This document shows, piece after piece, positions 18,873 through 28,623 of a DNA stretch of 64,000 bases. Source of the stretch: an uncultured Clostridia bacterium (GTDB lineage: Bacteria > Bacillota > Clostridia > TANB77 > CAG-508). A program made the translations under genes and the position numbers. The stretch lies in assembly GCA_963559065.1 (NCBI GenBank), contig CAUWIY010000010.1, positions 5,527 to 69,526 of the forward strand, written 5' to 3'. Numbering within the stretch: position 1 is the stretch's first letter; each line of letters opens with the position of its first letter. The notes beneath the pieces are model-generated. The model had not been told where the DNA came from. It did not search any database and saw only the letters and a program-made list of their open reading frames with translations.

Positions 18873-19547
18873 ATGAAGAGAATAAAATTAGTAGATAGAG
18901 TATTGCCGACTTATACAAAAGGTGAAGAGATTTTTAATATGACATCACATATTGTAGGAGCAGCATTTGGTATAATTGCACTTGTGCTATGTGTTGTGTT
19001 TTCAGCAATACATCATAATATATATGCTGTTATAAGCTCGATTATATATGGAATTACAATGATTGTTTTATATACAATGTCAAGTATATATCATGGATTA
19101 AAATCAAAAGGAAAGGCAAAAAAAGTATTTCAGGTTTTAGACCATTGCTCAATATTCTTATTGATTGCTGGTTCTTATACACCATTTTGCTTAGTTACAT
19201 TTAGAGAATATAATCCTACCTTAGGTTGGACAATTTTGGGAATTATATGGGGAATTGCAATTTTAGGTATTGTTTTAAATTCAATAGATTTAAAAAGATA
19301 TAGAGTATTTTCTATGATTTGTTATTTAGGAATGGGTTGGTGTATTATTTTTACAGCTAACTTATTACCAAAATTATTAGGAGTACCAGGAGTTGTACTT
19401 TTAGTGGCGGGAGGTATTGTATATACTCTAGGAGCGATTTTATATGGAATGGGAAAAAAGAAAAAATATATGCACTCGTTATTTCATCTTTTTATATTAT
19501 TAGGAAGTATATTACAGTTTTTTTGTATTTTGTTATATGTCATTTAA
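18873..19547 (+). CDS. Hemolysin III / PAQR family membrane protein
   Basis: 7-TM protein with SSIYHG...DHCSIFLLIAGSYTP...HLFILLGS motifs typical of HlyIII/YplQ. Confidence 0.8.
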   Translation: MKRIKLVDRVLPTYTKGEEIFNMTSHIVGAAFGIIALVLCVVFSAIHHNIYAVISSIIYGITMIVLYTMSSIYHGLKSKGKAKKVFQVLDHCSIFLLIAGSYTPFCLVTFREYNPTLGWTILGIIWGIAILGIVLNSIDLKRYRVFSMICYLGMGWCIIFTANLLPKLLGVPGVVLLVAGGIVYTLGAILYGMGKKKKYMHSLFHLFILLGSILQFFCILLYVI

Positions 19548-19565
19548 AAAGAAAGGTAGAATAAG

Positions 19566-20207
19566 ATGTTAAAAAAAATGAAGGAATTAATAAAGAAGAA
19601 TTATAAAATTATAATTGTATTAATATGTGTAGTAATACTTTTTGCAATAATTGAAAATTTATTTGATAAAGAAACAATGACAACAGATTTATTAATACAT
19701 GAACTAATTGTAGAAAATATGAGAAATAATGTACTTACGAACATATTTAAAGTTATAACTAATTTAGGAGGAGCATATTGCTTAATTGCAATTGCTACAT
19801 TTCTAACATTTTACATAAAAAATAAAAAAATTGCTTTTTCAATACCGATAAATTTAATTATAATAACAGCACTAAATATTTTGCTAAAGAATATTGTGGA
19901 AAGGCCAAGACCTATTGGATATAGATTAATTGATGAATCAGGATATAGTTTTCCTTCAGGACATTCCATGATTAGTGTTGCATTTTATGGTTTATTAATT
20001 TATCATATTTGGAAAAATTGTAAAAATATTAAATTGAGAAATATAAGTTGTATTTTATTAAGTACATTGGTGTTTTTTATAGGTATTAGTAGAATATATC
20101 TAGGAGTTCATTATGCTACAGATGTTATAGGTGGATTTGTGATTTCAATTATTTATTTAATATTGTTTACAGGAATTTATAAAAATTTAAAAATTGGTAA
20201 AGAATAA
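19566..20207 (+). CDS. PAP2-family phosphatase (undecaprenyl-diphosphatase-like)
   Basis: KxxxxxxRP (KNIVERPRP), PSGHS and SRIYLGVHYATDV acid-phosphatase motifs. Confidence 0.85.
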   Translation: MLKKMKELIKKNYKIIIVLICVVILFAIIENLFDKETMTTDLLIHELIVENMRNNVLTNIFKVITNLGGAYCLIAIATFLTFYIKNKKIAFSIPINLIIITALNILLKNIVERPRPIGYRLIDESGYSFPSGHSMISVAFYGLLIYHIWKNCKNIKLRNISCILLSTLVFFIGISRIYLGVHYATDVIGGFVISIIYLILFTGIYKNLKIGKE

Positions 20208-20240
20208 GATTATAAATATAATAACAGAAATTAAAAAATA

Positions 20241-20276
20241 TATGGGACTACAAAGTAATGTAGCCCCATAATTTTT
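20241..20276. terminator. Terminator between convergent genes
   Basis: tatgggactaca / tgtagccccata stem (1 mismatch) plus a T-run. Confidence 0.6.
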
Positions 20277-20307
20277 ATTGTATATGAAAACTCAAAGTTA
20301 ATGTAAA

Positions 20308-21135
20308 TTAGTTTGTTGTTGTATTTTTGCTATTTTTCATTCTTGGTATAAAACGTTCAGCAAATTTGTAACCATCTCTGTCTTTTATATAAAGTAATCC
20401 AATAAAAGAAAATACGATAGCACCAATAAAATTAACTAAAAGGTCTTTCATAGTATCACGAATTCCAACATCTAAATATCCACCTTCTATAGTGGTTGTA
20501 ACTAAATTGTTGTTTTCGTCATAATGATATATAACTGTTTTATCTATGTCTTCAACTTTTACGACCTCATTCTTTTTTTCAGGATTTAATTCTACTGTAT
20601 ATACAGAACTTAGTAATGTATCTTTTTGCATATCAAATTTTACTAAAGTATCTGCACCAAATTCAAAAAATTCCCAAAGAACTCCAATTGTCATTGAAAA
20701 ACAAAATGCAACTAAAGCAACAAAGATAGGTGACAATTTTATATGGAATTTTTCATTTCGATTTAAAATATCAATTAAAGAAAAACCAATAGCTGCACAT
20801 AAAAAGCCATTTATAGTATGCAATATTGTATCCCAACTTTTAAATATGCCATAAAAATTCTGAATTTCACCTAATATTTCAGCCGAAAAAATGAATAAGT
20901 AAATTATGGTTTCTAAAGTATTTGGCAGAGAAATATGAAGCTTTTTATCAATAAAATAGGGAATAGTAAATAAGATTAGTGTTAAAATACATAAAAAAGC
21001 ATTATCAAAATTTTTATGTACAATTTGCAAAATAAGTGAGACAATAACTAAAAAACGTAAAATAAGATAAATAGTTAGTGTACTTTTTTTGTTTTCCTTA
21101 TAATATACTTTTATTTCATTAAAGATTTTAAACAT
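20308..21135 (-). CDS. Multi-pass membrane protein (possibly YjdF/DUF2238-like)
   Basis: Several TM helices. WDTILHTINGF and WEFFEFGAD motifs. The family call is tentative. Confidence 0.5.
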   Translation of the reverse strand: MFKIFNEIKVYYKENKKSTLTIYLILRFLVIVSLILQIVHKNFDNAFLCILTLILFTIPYFIDKKLHISLPNTLETIIYLFIFSAEILGEIQNFYGIFKSWDTILHTINGFLCAAIGFSLIDILNRNEKFHIKLSPIFVALVAFCFSMTIGVLWEFFEFGADTLVKFDMQKDTLLSSVYTVELNPEKKNEVVKVEDIDKTVIYHYDENNNLVTTTIEGGYLDVGIRDTMKDLLVNFIGAIVFSFIGLLYIKDRDGYKFAERFIPRMKNSKNTTTN

Positions 21136-21212
21136 TTAATCACATCCTCAATAACAGTATATATTAGAATGCGAAAAAAAACAACTAAATTGGAGCAGAA
21201 AGTAGAATAAAA

Positions 21213-21241
21213 TTGAAATTTGTATAAAAAAGTGGTATAAT
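21213..21241 (+). promoter_or_regulatory. Promoter of the 21307 gene
   Basis: TTGAAA, 17-nt spacer, TGgTATAAT extended -10. Confidence 0.55.
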
Positions 21242-21306
21242 GTACAAAACAAGCATTATGCAATCAAAAATTGTGGTTGTAAATTTAAATAAGGAGGAAA
21301 GATACT

Positions 21307-21714
21307 ATGCGGAAATTGTTTTACGATGTTAGAATTGTTGTAAAAGACAATGATTACAACGATGAAACAAGAATATTTAAAAACAAAGGATTTTTAATTG
21401 TAAGCATTGACAATGGAAAAGTCGAAAAAATTGAAGGCCTTCTGACTAGAGATTATATTATTGCAACTCTTGAAGAAAATGAATTGGTTATGAAATATTA
21501 TGAATTAGATGTAGATTCAGGATATCTTCAGGAGATATTTAATATAATTTTGGAAGGGGATGAAGAAATCCCTTTAAACTTACGATTGGCATCAGATAGC
21601 ATGTTTATTGATTTTTATACAACTGCAACAATAAGGAATCCTGATGTGAAGAAATATTATGAGTTTTTGTTAGAAGAATTTAAGCAAAGTAGTATCTACG
21701 CAAGAGAACGGTGA
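21307..21714 (+). CDS. Hypothetical protein (135 aa)
   Basis: AAGGAGGAAA SD and its own terminator overlapping the stop codon. No family recognised. Confidence 0.6.
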   Translation: MRKLFYDVRIVVKDNDYNDETRIFKNKGFLIVSIDNGKVEKIEGLLTRDYIIATLEENELVMKYYELDVDSGYLQEIFNIILEGDEEIPLNLRLASDSMFIDFYTTATIRNPDVKKYYEFLLEEFKQSSIYARER

Positions 21715-21728
21715 TTGCCGTTCTCTTT
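21704..21728 (+). terminator. Terminator hairpin overlapping the stop codon
   Basis: gagaacgg-tgattg-ccgttctc followed by TTT. Confidence 0.55.
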
Positions 21729-22113
21729 CATTACCTGTTATGATATGATGTTATAATACATAATGTATGCTTGAATAGAGTGAGTTTTAAAATTTGTTAT
21801 TGCTTATCTTGAGTAATGTTCACGGGTACAATTAATATAGTTATATTTTGATAATTTTCTCGGTTCAATACGCAACATAAAAAATTCTAAAATTGTTTTA
21901 TGGCACTCTTCCACTAAAAGTGAACTCTTTCCATAAAACAATTTAAAAATTTCTAATATTGCTCCAATCACATTCGAAAAGTTATAAAAATATAACTATA
22001 TTCATTGTAGGCCTGAGTGAAAAAGCCTCAAGATAAGCAATTACAAATTTTTAACGAATGAAATGAACAAATACATTATGTATTATAACATCATATCATA
22101 ACAGGTAATGAAA
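21726..22113. repeat. 388-bp foldback element with perfect 43-bp terminal inverted repeats
   Basis: 21726-21768 is the exact reverse complement of 22071-22113. The interior halves are imperfectly complementary around a 27-nt centre (21904-21930). No internal ORF exceeds 11 codons. Confidence 0.9.
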
Positions 22114-22140
22114 AAAATGAAATTTAAATTTACAAAAATA

Positions 22141-22169
22141 TTGATATATTTTATTTAATTTAGTAGAAT
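22141..22169 (+). promoter_or_regulatory. Promoter of dgkA
   Basis: TTGATA, 17-nt spacer, TAGAAT. Confidence 0.5.
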
Positions 22170-22225
22170 AATAAATATAAATAATATAACTATTATTTAT
22201 ACATTTATAGAAAGGTATTATAAAA

Positions 22226-22591
22226 ATGAGCAATAACAAAACAAAAAAATTTATAGATAGTTTCAAATATGCTATAGAAGGAATATTAACAGGAATAAAA
22301 GAAGAAAGAAATCTAAAAATACACATAACAATAATGATTCTTGTTATAATATTTGGATTTATATTTAAAATTAGTAGAATTGAATGGATAATATGTATTT
22401 TGCTATTTGGTTTAGTTATCTCAGCAGAATTAATAAACACATCAATAGAAAATGTTGTGGATTTGATTACAATGGAAAAACATCCAAAAGCTAAAATTGC
22501 AAAAGATGTATCAGCAGGTGCTGTATTGATAATTGCAATAACATCAGCAATTATTGGACTTATTATTTTTGGTTCTAAAATAATTTTTTAA
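22226..22591 (+). CDS. dgkA: Diacylglycerol/undecaprenol kinase DgkA
   Basis: 121 aa, 3 TM. FKYAIEGI..ERNLKIH and SAELINTSIENVVD motifs. Confidence 0.85.
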   Translation: MSNNKTKKFIDSFKYAIEGILTGIKEERNLKIHITIMILVIIFGFIFKISRIEWIICILLFGLVISAELINTSIENVVDLITMEKHPKAKIAKDVSAGAVLIIAITSAIIGLIIFGSKIIF

Positions 22592-22616
22592 TGCTTATAT
22601 ATAAAGGAGGAAAATT

Positions 22617-23486
22617 ATGTATGATGTAATTATAGTAGGAGCAGGGCCGGCAGGAATATCAGCAAGTTTATATACACAAAGAGCAAATTTAAAAACATTA
22701 ATAATTTATAAAGAGAAATCTGCTTTAGAAAAAACAAAAAATATAGAAAATTATTATGGATTTTCTAATGGAATAGATGGAACTGAATTATACGAAACAG
22801 GAATAGAGCAAGCACAGAATTTAGGTGTGGAAATTTTACAAGAAGAAGTAACAAATATCCAAATGAATGATAAATACTTTGAAGTACAAACTTTAAAACA
22901 AACTTTTCAAGGTAAAGCAGTTGTATTAGCAACAGGAAATAAAAAGAATACACCAGCAATATCAGGAATTAAAGAATTTGAAGGAAGAGGAATAAGTTAT
23001 TGTGCTATATGTGATGGATTTTTCTACAGAAATAAAGATTTAGCTGTAATTGGTAATGGAGATTATGCAGTATCAGAAACTAAAGACTTGACGGCAATTG
23101 CTAAATCAATTACAATATTAACAAATGGAGAAAAAGTTTCTAAAATTCCTGAATATAGAGCAGAAAATATAAAAGTAAATAATAAAATTATTGAAAAAAT
23201 AGATGGAGAAAATAAAGTAGAAAAAATTAAATTTAAAGATAACACAGAAATGAAAGTTGATGGTATTTTTGTTGCTCAAGGAGTTGCAGGAAGTACAGAA
23301 TTTGCAAAGAAGCTAGGTGCTAGAATAAATGGCAATAATATAGTTGTAGATGAAAATATGGAAACAACAATAAAGGGACTATATGCTTGTGGAGATTGCA
23401 CAGGAGGAGTTTATCAGATTGCAAAGGCTGTGTATGAAGGTATGAAAGCTGGATTACAAATAATAAAAAGTAAAAATACATATTAA
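22617..23486 (+). CDS. trxB: Thioredoxin-disulfide reductase (low-MW type)
   Basis: GAGPAG FAD site, CAICDG redox centre, second dinucleotide site VIGNGDYA. Adjacent to thioredoxin. Confidence 0.85.
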   Translation: MYDVIIVGAGPAGISASLYTQRANLKTLIIYKEKSALEKTKNIENYYGFSNGIDGTELYETGIEQAQNLGVEILQEEVTNIQMNDKYFEVQTLKQTFQGKAVVLATGNKKNTPAISGIKEFEGRGISYCAICDGFFYRNKDLAVIGNGDYAVSETKDLTAIAKSITILTNGEKVSKIPEYRAENIKVNNKIIEKIDGENKVEKIKFKDNTEMKVDGIFVAQGVAGSTEFAKKLGARINGNNIVVDENMETTIKGLYACGDCTGGVYQIAKAVYEGMKAGLQIIKSKNTY

Positions 23487-23522
23487 AATATGTAAATAAT
23501 AAAAGGAAGGAATGATGATATT

Positions 23523-23828
23523 ATGGAATTAAAATTAAATTCAGAAAATTTTGAAAAAGAGGTACTAAATTCTGATCAAGCAGTGTTAGTAGATTTTTAT
23601 GCAGACTGGTGTGGACCTTGTAAAATGATGGCACCAGTAATAGAAGAATTAGCAGAAGAATTACAAGGAAAGGCAAAAGTAGGAAAAATAAATATAGATG
23701 AAAATACTAATATTGCTGTGAAGTATGATGTTATGAGTATTCCAACATTAATCATATTTAAAGATGGAAAAGAAGTAAAAAGATTTGTAGGAGTTAGAGA
23801 CAAGGAAGAATTATTAAACGAATTTTAA
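23523..23828 (+). CDS. trxA: Thioredoxin
   Basis: WCGPC active site, 101 aa. Confidence 0.95.
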   Translation: MELKLNSENFEKEVLNSDQAVLVDFYADWCGPCKMMAPVIEELAEELQGKAKVGKINIDENTNIAVKYDVMSIPTLIIFKDGKEVKRFVGVRDKEELLNEF

Positions 23829-23909
23829 TTATATTGAAAAACAATAAAAAAGTATTGACAAATAATAAATAGTAATATAAACTGTATTCAATAAAAAAGA
23901 AAGGAGTAT

Positions 23910-25478
23910 ATGATATATTTAACAAATAAAATATATCATATAAGTAAAAGTATGAAAAAAATTGTGTACAGTGGCTTATTATTAAGCATATTACAGTCAA
24001 TACTTTTTTGGCATAAAGATTTAGGAATTTCTGTTGTAATATTTTTAACAGCAGTAATTGTAGCAATTATATATAATTTTAAAGAAAAAGGTGCAATAAA
24101 AAATAAAAAAGCAATATTGTGGGCTATACCAATAGAATTATTGGGAATTACATATTTTATATTTAATAATGGATTTTTTCAGATTATAAATATTCCAATA
24201 ATATTAATATTACTTATAATAATGTGTGATAACATTACAAATGGAGAAATACGAGAAAACAGATTTATAAGAAATATAATAAATACAATATTTAAGCCAT
24301 TTGGAATGTTGTCAAAATTTATTAGTGACTTTGATGCAGAAGAGTTTTTGGATAAGAAAAAAGAAAATCCAAATAGTGTAGAAACAAAAAAGATTGTAAA
24401 ATCATTATTGGTAGCAATTCCAGTAATATTAATTATATTAGTATTATTATCATCAGCAGATAGTGTGTTTGGAAGTATATTTGGAAATGTAACAGATTTT
24501 ATATTTGATTTATTAGAAGTCGAAAATATCAATGATATTTTAGCAAGAGCAATATTTGTTATAATATATTTTGTATATATTGTTGGTTTTTTAGTAATGT
24601 TCATAAAAAAAGACAAAAAGGTAGATGAACAAAAAGAAGAAAGAAAGACAATAAAATTAAGTAGTTTAACAATAAATATATTATTTGTATCTTTAAATAT
24701 TATATATTTAATATTTAGTATAATACAATTTAAATATTTATTTATAAATGCTGGAAAAACAGCAGATTTTGATTATGCAACATATGCAAGAACTGGATTT
24801 TTTCAATTAATGTTTGTATCTTTCATAAATTTTGCATTACTACATATATCAAATAAAAATGTAAAACAAGAGGATAATCAAACAGTAAAAATTACTATAA
24901 ATAAGACAAATATATCAAAAGTATTGTTAGTATTTTTTACAATAGTAATTATAATTTCAGCAATGTTTAGAATGTATCTATATGAACAAGAATATGGATA
25001 TACATATTTAAGAATATTTGTGTATTTTATATTAATTACAGAAATTTTTGTACTAATACCAATTATTATAAAAGTATTAGGTAAAAAGATAAATACATTT
25101 AAAATTGCAATAGAAATTATTACATTAATGTATGTTTTGCTAAATTATATAAATATAGATTCTATGATAGCAAAGAAAAATATAGATAAGTATTTAGAAA
25201 ATCCAGAAGAACATTCGATAGATATTTATTATATAACATCAGCAACAGGAACAGATGCCATAGAAGAAAAATTAAGACTATTAAATTACGAAGGAAATAA
25301 TTTATCAGCAAGTGCTTGGGAAGAATTAGACTATGCCAAAGAGGTGATAAAGTCTCATTTAAGAACATATAAAACTTTATATGGAAGTGAAGACAGTTTT
25401 GTAGAATGGAATTTATCAGAATATAAATCAAGAAAATTATTAAAAAATGTAGATGTGTCAACAAGTGAAAATTATTAA
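23910..25478 (+). CDS. Large multi-pass membrane protein (DUF4153/DUF4173-like)
   Basis: More than 10 predicted TM helices followed by a soluble C-terminal region. Family call is from overall architecture only. Start could instead be ATG 23952. Confidence 0.5.
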   Translation: MIYLTNKIYHISKSMKKIVYSGLLLSILQSILFWHKDLGISVVIFLTAVIVAIIYNFKEKGAIKNKKAILWAIPIELLGITYFIFNNGFFQIINIPIILILLIIMCDNITNGEIRENRFIRNIINTIFKPFGMLSKFISDFDAEEFLDKKKENPNSVETKKIVKSLLVAIPVILIILVLLSSADSVFGSIFGNVTDFIFDLLEVENINDILARAIFVIIYFVYIVGFLVMFIKKDKKVDEQKEERKTIKLSSLTINILFVSLNIIYLIFSIIQFKYLFINAGKTADFDYATYARTGFFQLMFVSFINFALLHISNKNVKQEDNQTVKITINKTNISKVLLVFFTIVIIISAMFRMYLYEQEYGYTYLRIFVYFILITEIFVLIPIIIKVLGKKINTFKIAIEIITLMYVLLNYINIDSMIAKKNIDKYLENPEEHSIDIYYITSATGTDAIEEKLRLLNYEGNNLSASAWEELDYAKEVIKSHLRTYKTLYGSEDSFVEWNLSEYKSRKLLKNVDVSTSENY

Positions 25479-25507
25479 ATATTATGAAACAAGAAAGGGT
25501 AATTGTT

Positions 25508-26017
25508 ATGAAAATATCAAGAAAAGAAAAGGCATATTGTTTTATAAAAATAGGATTAATAATACTGTTTTTATTATGTATATTATCAATGATAATAACA
25601 CCAATAGCAATAGAAAGCAGAGAAGAAGGTCTTTTTAAAAGTATGTTATTCAAAGAGCCTTTAGGTATAACTGTAATATTTATTTATATATCTAGTATTC
25701 CTGCTCTAGTGATGATATATGAGTTTATAAAAATATTTAAATCATTGGAAAAAGGAGAAATATTTAATAGAAATATTAAAAATAAACTTGCAGTATCTTC
25801 AATCTGTTCAATAATAATAGGTATTATTTATACTGTAAATATATTTATAACATTTGCAAGAATTACTGATTTTGAAGTTTCTAAAATAATTGTATATATG
25901 TTCTTTTCAACTATTACAGCAATGATATTCTTAATTTTAGGACTAGGTTTAATTGTTTTAAAAGGAATTTATAAAACAGCTATAGAAAACAAAGAAGAAA
26001 ATGATTTAACAATATAA
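25508..26017 (+). CDS. DUF2975-like membrane protein
   Basis: 4-TM protein of about 170 aa directly upstream of a YozG-type HTH gene, the usual DUF2975 pairing. Start moved to ATG 25508 (AAAGGG SD). Confidence 0.55.
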   Translation: MKISRKEKAYCFIKIGLIILFLLCILSMIITPIAIESREEGLFKSMLFKEPLGITVIFIYISSIPALVMIYEFIKIFKSLEKGEIFNRNIKNKLAVSSICSIIIGIIYTVNIFITFARITDFEVSKIIVYMFFSTITAMIFLILGLGLIVLKGIYKTAIENKEENDLTI

Positions 26018-26102
26018 AATAAGAAGAGCAAGATAAGAAATAAATTTTTTAAGAATTTATATGAAACGTTTTTATTAGATTGTAGAGAGGAATTGATAAA
26101 AT

Positions 26103-26306
26103 ATGTCGATAATTGTTAATTTAGATGTTATGATGGCAAAAAGAAAAATATCGTCAAATGAATTAGCACAAAAGATTGGAATAACAAATGCAAATTTATC
26201 TATACTTAAAACAAATAAGGGAAAAGCAATTAGATTTTCAACTTTAGATAAAATATGTGAAGTTTTAGAATGTTCTCCAGGAGATATTTTAGAATATAAA
26301 AAGTAA
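26103..26306 (+). CDS. YozG-like Cro/C1 HTH transcriptional regulator
   Basis: IIVNLDVMMAKRKISSNELAQKIGITNANLSILKTNKGKAIRFSTLDKICEVLECSPGDILEY. Confidence 0.85.
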   Translation: MSIIVNLDVMMAKRKISSNELAQKIGITNANLSILKTNKGKAIRFSTLDKICEVLECSPGDILEYKK

Positions 26307-26394
26307 ATAAAAATGTAAACAAAAAGAACTATAAAAAGTAAATATAAAAAGTTAATTTGAAAAAAATTAAATAGTAAATTTAAAAATAGTAAAT

Positions 26395-26475
26395 AACAAA
26401 AAACGACAAAAAATAATAAAAATAGACAAGAAAAATGAAACAAAATGTAACTGACCCCAAAGGATCCAAAGGAGG
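26395..26475. repeat. Repeat module in the PBP 5' region (paralogue of 2263-2345)
   Basis: Identical 17-mer AACAAAAAACGACAAAA (26395-26411), then an A-rich stretch, then ACTGACCCCAAAGGATCC abutting the SD. Confidence 0.6.
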
Positions 26476-26480
26476 TTTTT

Positions 26481-28520
26481 ATGAAAAATAAGAAAGTAAT
26501 AATTGGAATTGTAGTAGGTATTGTAATTTTGATGGCTGTAATATTAGGTGTAGTTGTTATTAATAATAAAAATGCGGGAAAACCAGAGGATTTTTTAATT
26601 TCATATGTTGCTTTAATAAATGAACAAAAATATGATGAACTTTATAATTGTATTTCAGAGGAATCTAAGACAAAAATTTCACAAGAGGATTTTGTAAAAA
26701 GAAATAAAAATATATATGAAGGTATAGATGCGTATGATATTAAAATAAATGTTTCTGAAACGAAAAAAGAAAAAGGAGTTTATAAAATATCATATAATGA
26801 AAGTATGTCAACTGCTGCTGGGACAATCTCTTTTTCAAATACAGCAAAAATAGTAAAAGAAAATAAAGAATATAAAATAGATTGGTCATCTAGTATGATA
26901 TTTCCACAGCTTAGAGATAGTGACAAAGTAAGAATTTCTAGTATTGAGTCAAAAAGAGGAGAAATATTAGATAGAAATGGAAAGAAATTAGCTGAAAATG
27001 GAACAATATTGACAGTGGGTGTTGTTCCAGGTAAATTATCAGAAAATAAAGAGACAAGCATTGCAAGAATAGCAGAGTTAACAGGAGTGTCAGTAGAATA
27101 TATAAATAATCAACTTTCAGCTTCTTATGTAAAAGATGATACATTTGTACCAATAAAGAAAATATCAGCGACAAACACAGATTTAAGAGCACAATTATTA
27201 CAAGTTCCTGGAGTGATGATAAATAATACAGAAGGAAGAGTATATCCTTTAGGAGAAGAAGCAGCACATTTAATAGGATATGTGCAAAAAGTGAATGCAG
27301 ATGATTTAAAAGAACAAGAAGGAAAAGGATATAATTCAAACAGTATAATTGGAAAGTCAGGATTAGAGAAGGCTTACGAAGATACTTTAAGAGGTGTTGA
27401 TGGTAAAGAAATTTATATTGTAGATGAAAAAGGTAATAGATTAACAACTTTAGCAAAACAAGATAAACAAGATGGAAAAGATGTAAAACTTACAATAGAT
27501 AGTGGCATTCAAAAGAGGTTATATGATGAACTAAAAAATGATAAGGGATTTTTTGTAGTTATGAATCCAAAGACAGGAGAACTACTAGCAACAGTAAGTA
27601 CTCCATCATACAATTCAAATGATTTTGTTTTAGGATTAACAAATGATAAATGGAATGAATTAAATAGTAATGCTAGTAAACCATTATATAATAGATTTTT
27701 GCAAAGCTATTGTCCAGGTTCAACATTTAAACCAATTACAGCAGCAATTGGTTTATCAAGCGGAAAATTAACAAGAGAAACAACATTTAATTATTCAGGC
27801 TTAAAATGGCAAAAAAGTCCTAGTTGGGGAGATATTTATATAACAACATTAACAACATACAATGGACCTAAGAATATAAGAAATGCACTTATTCATTCTG
27901 ATAATATCTTTTTTGCACAAGCTGCTATGCAAATTGGAAGTACAGCTTTTTGTGAAGGATTAGATAAATTAGGATTTAATGAACAAATAAATGAAAAAAT
28001 TAAATTTCCATTAACATTAAAAAAATCTCAATATTCAAATTCAGATAAAATAGCAAATGAAAAGAAATTGGCTGATTCTGGTTATGGACAAGGAGATATT
28101 TTGGTAAATCCAATTCATATGGCATCAGTATATTCAGCATTTGCTAATAATGGAAATATGATAAAACCATACATAGAATATAAAGAAAATGCACAAGCAG
28201 AAATTTTTAAAGAAAATGTATTTAGTGCAGAAATAGCAAATACAATAAAGGATGATTTAATACAAGTTGTAGAAAATCCAGGAGGAACAGCAACTGATAT
28301 GAAAGTACCAGGAGTAACAATAGCAGGAAAAACAGGAACAGCAGAGCTAAAAACATCACAAAATGATACAGAAGGTGGACTATTAGGTTGGTTTGACTGC
28401 TTTACAATAAATAATCTATCTGGAAATGATATGTTAATTATAAGTATGGTAGAAAATACTCAAACTAATGGAAATGGTGGAAGTCATTATTTAATTAAAA
28501 AAATTAAAACACTATTTTAA
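26481..28520 (+). CDS. Class B penicillin-binding protein with MecA-type NTF2-like N-terminal domain
   Basis: N-terminal TM, NTF2-like region, transpeptidase motifs STFK (PGSTFKP), SDN (HSDNIFF), KTGT (AGKTGTAEL). Confidence 0.9.
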   Translation: MKNKKVIIGIVVGIVILMAVILGVVVINNKNAGKPEDFLISYVALINEQKYDELYNCISEESKTKISQEDFVKRNKNIYEGIDAYDIKINVSETKKEKGVYKISYNESMSTAAGTISFSNTAKIVKENKEYKIDWSSSMIFPQLRDSDKVRISSIESKRGEILDRNGKKLAENGTILTVGVVPGKLSENKETSIARIAELTGVSVEYINNQLSASYVKDDTFVPIKKISATNTDLRAQLLQVPGVMINNTEGRVYPLGEEAAHLIGYVQKVNADDLKEQEGKGYNSNSIIGKSGLEKAYEDTLRGVDGKEIYIVDEKGNRLTTLAKQDKQDGKDVKLTIDSGIQKRLYDELKNDKGFFVVMNPKTGELLATVSTPSYNSNDFVLGLTNDKWNELNSNASKPLYNRFLQSYCPGSTFKPITAAIGLSSGKLTRETTFNYSGLKWQKSPSWGDIYITTLTTYNGPKNIRNALIHSDNIFFAQAAMQIGSTAFCEGLDKLGFNEQINEKIKFPLTLKKSQYSNSDKIANEKKLADSGYGQGDILVNPIHMASVYSAFANNGNMIKPYIEYKENAQAEIFKENVFSAEIANTIKDDLIQVVENPGGTATDMKVPGVTIAGKTGTAELKTSQNDTEGGLLGWFDCFTINNLSGNDMLIISMVENTQTNGNGGSHYLIKKIKTLF

Positions 28521-28623
28521 AGAAAAATATTTATAAATAGCACAAAATGTGATATAAATAGATTAATCTATATAAGCACAATTTGTGCTAAAAATATTTT
28601 ATAAGTCGAGAGGATATAGATAT

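Noticed and set aside
22096-22440. 114-aa minus-strand ORF spanning the right foldback arm and the dgkA 5' end.
   Set aside because: It overlaps the well-supported dgkA gene on the opposite strand, has no SD and gives a hydrophobic low-complexity product.
25162-25653. Long antisense or overlapping ORFs in the track. Examples: 2225-2629, 3705-3953, 13502-13888, 14651-15103, 24179-24616, 25162-25653, 26075-26443, 26938-27456, 46185-46574, 57036-57548.
   Set aside because: They lie opposite or out of frame to genes with strong family motifs and lack SDs. Their Leu/Ile/Phe/Ser-rich low-complexity translations are typical of chance ORFs in AT-rich DNA.
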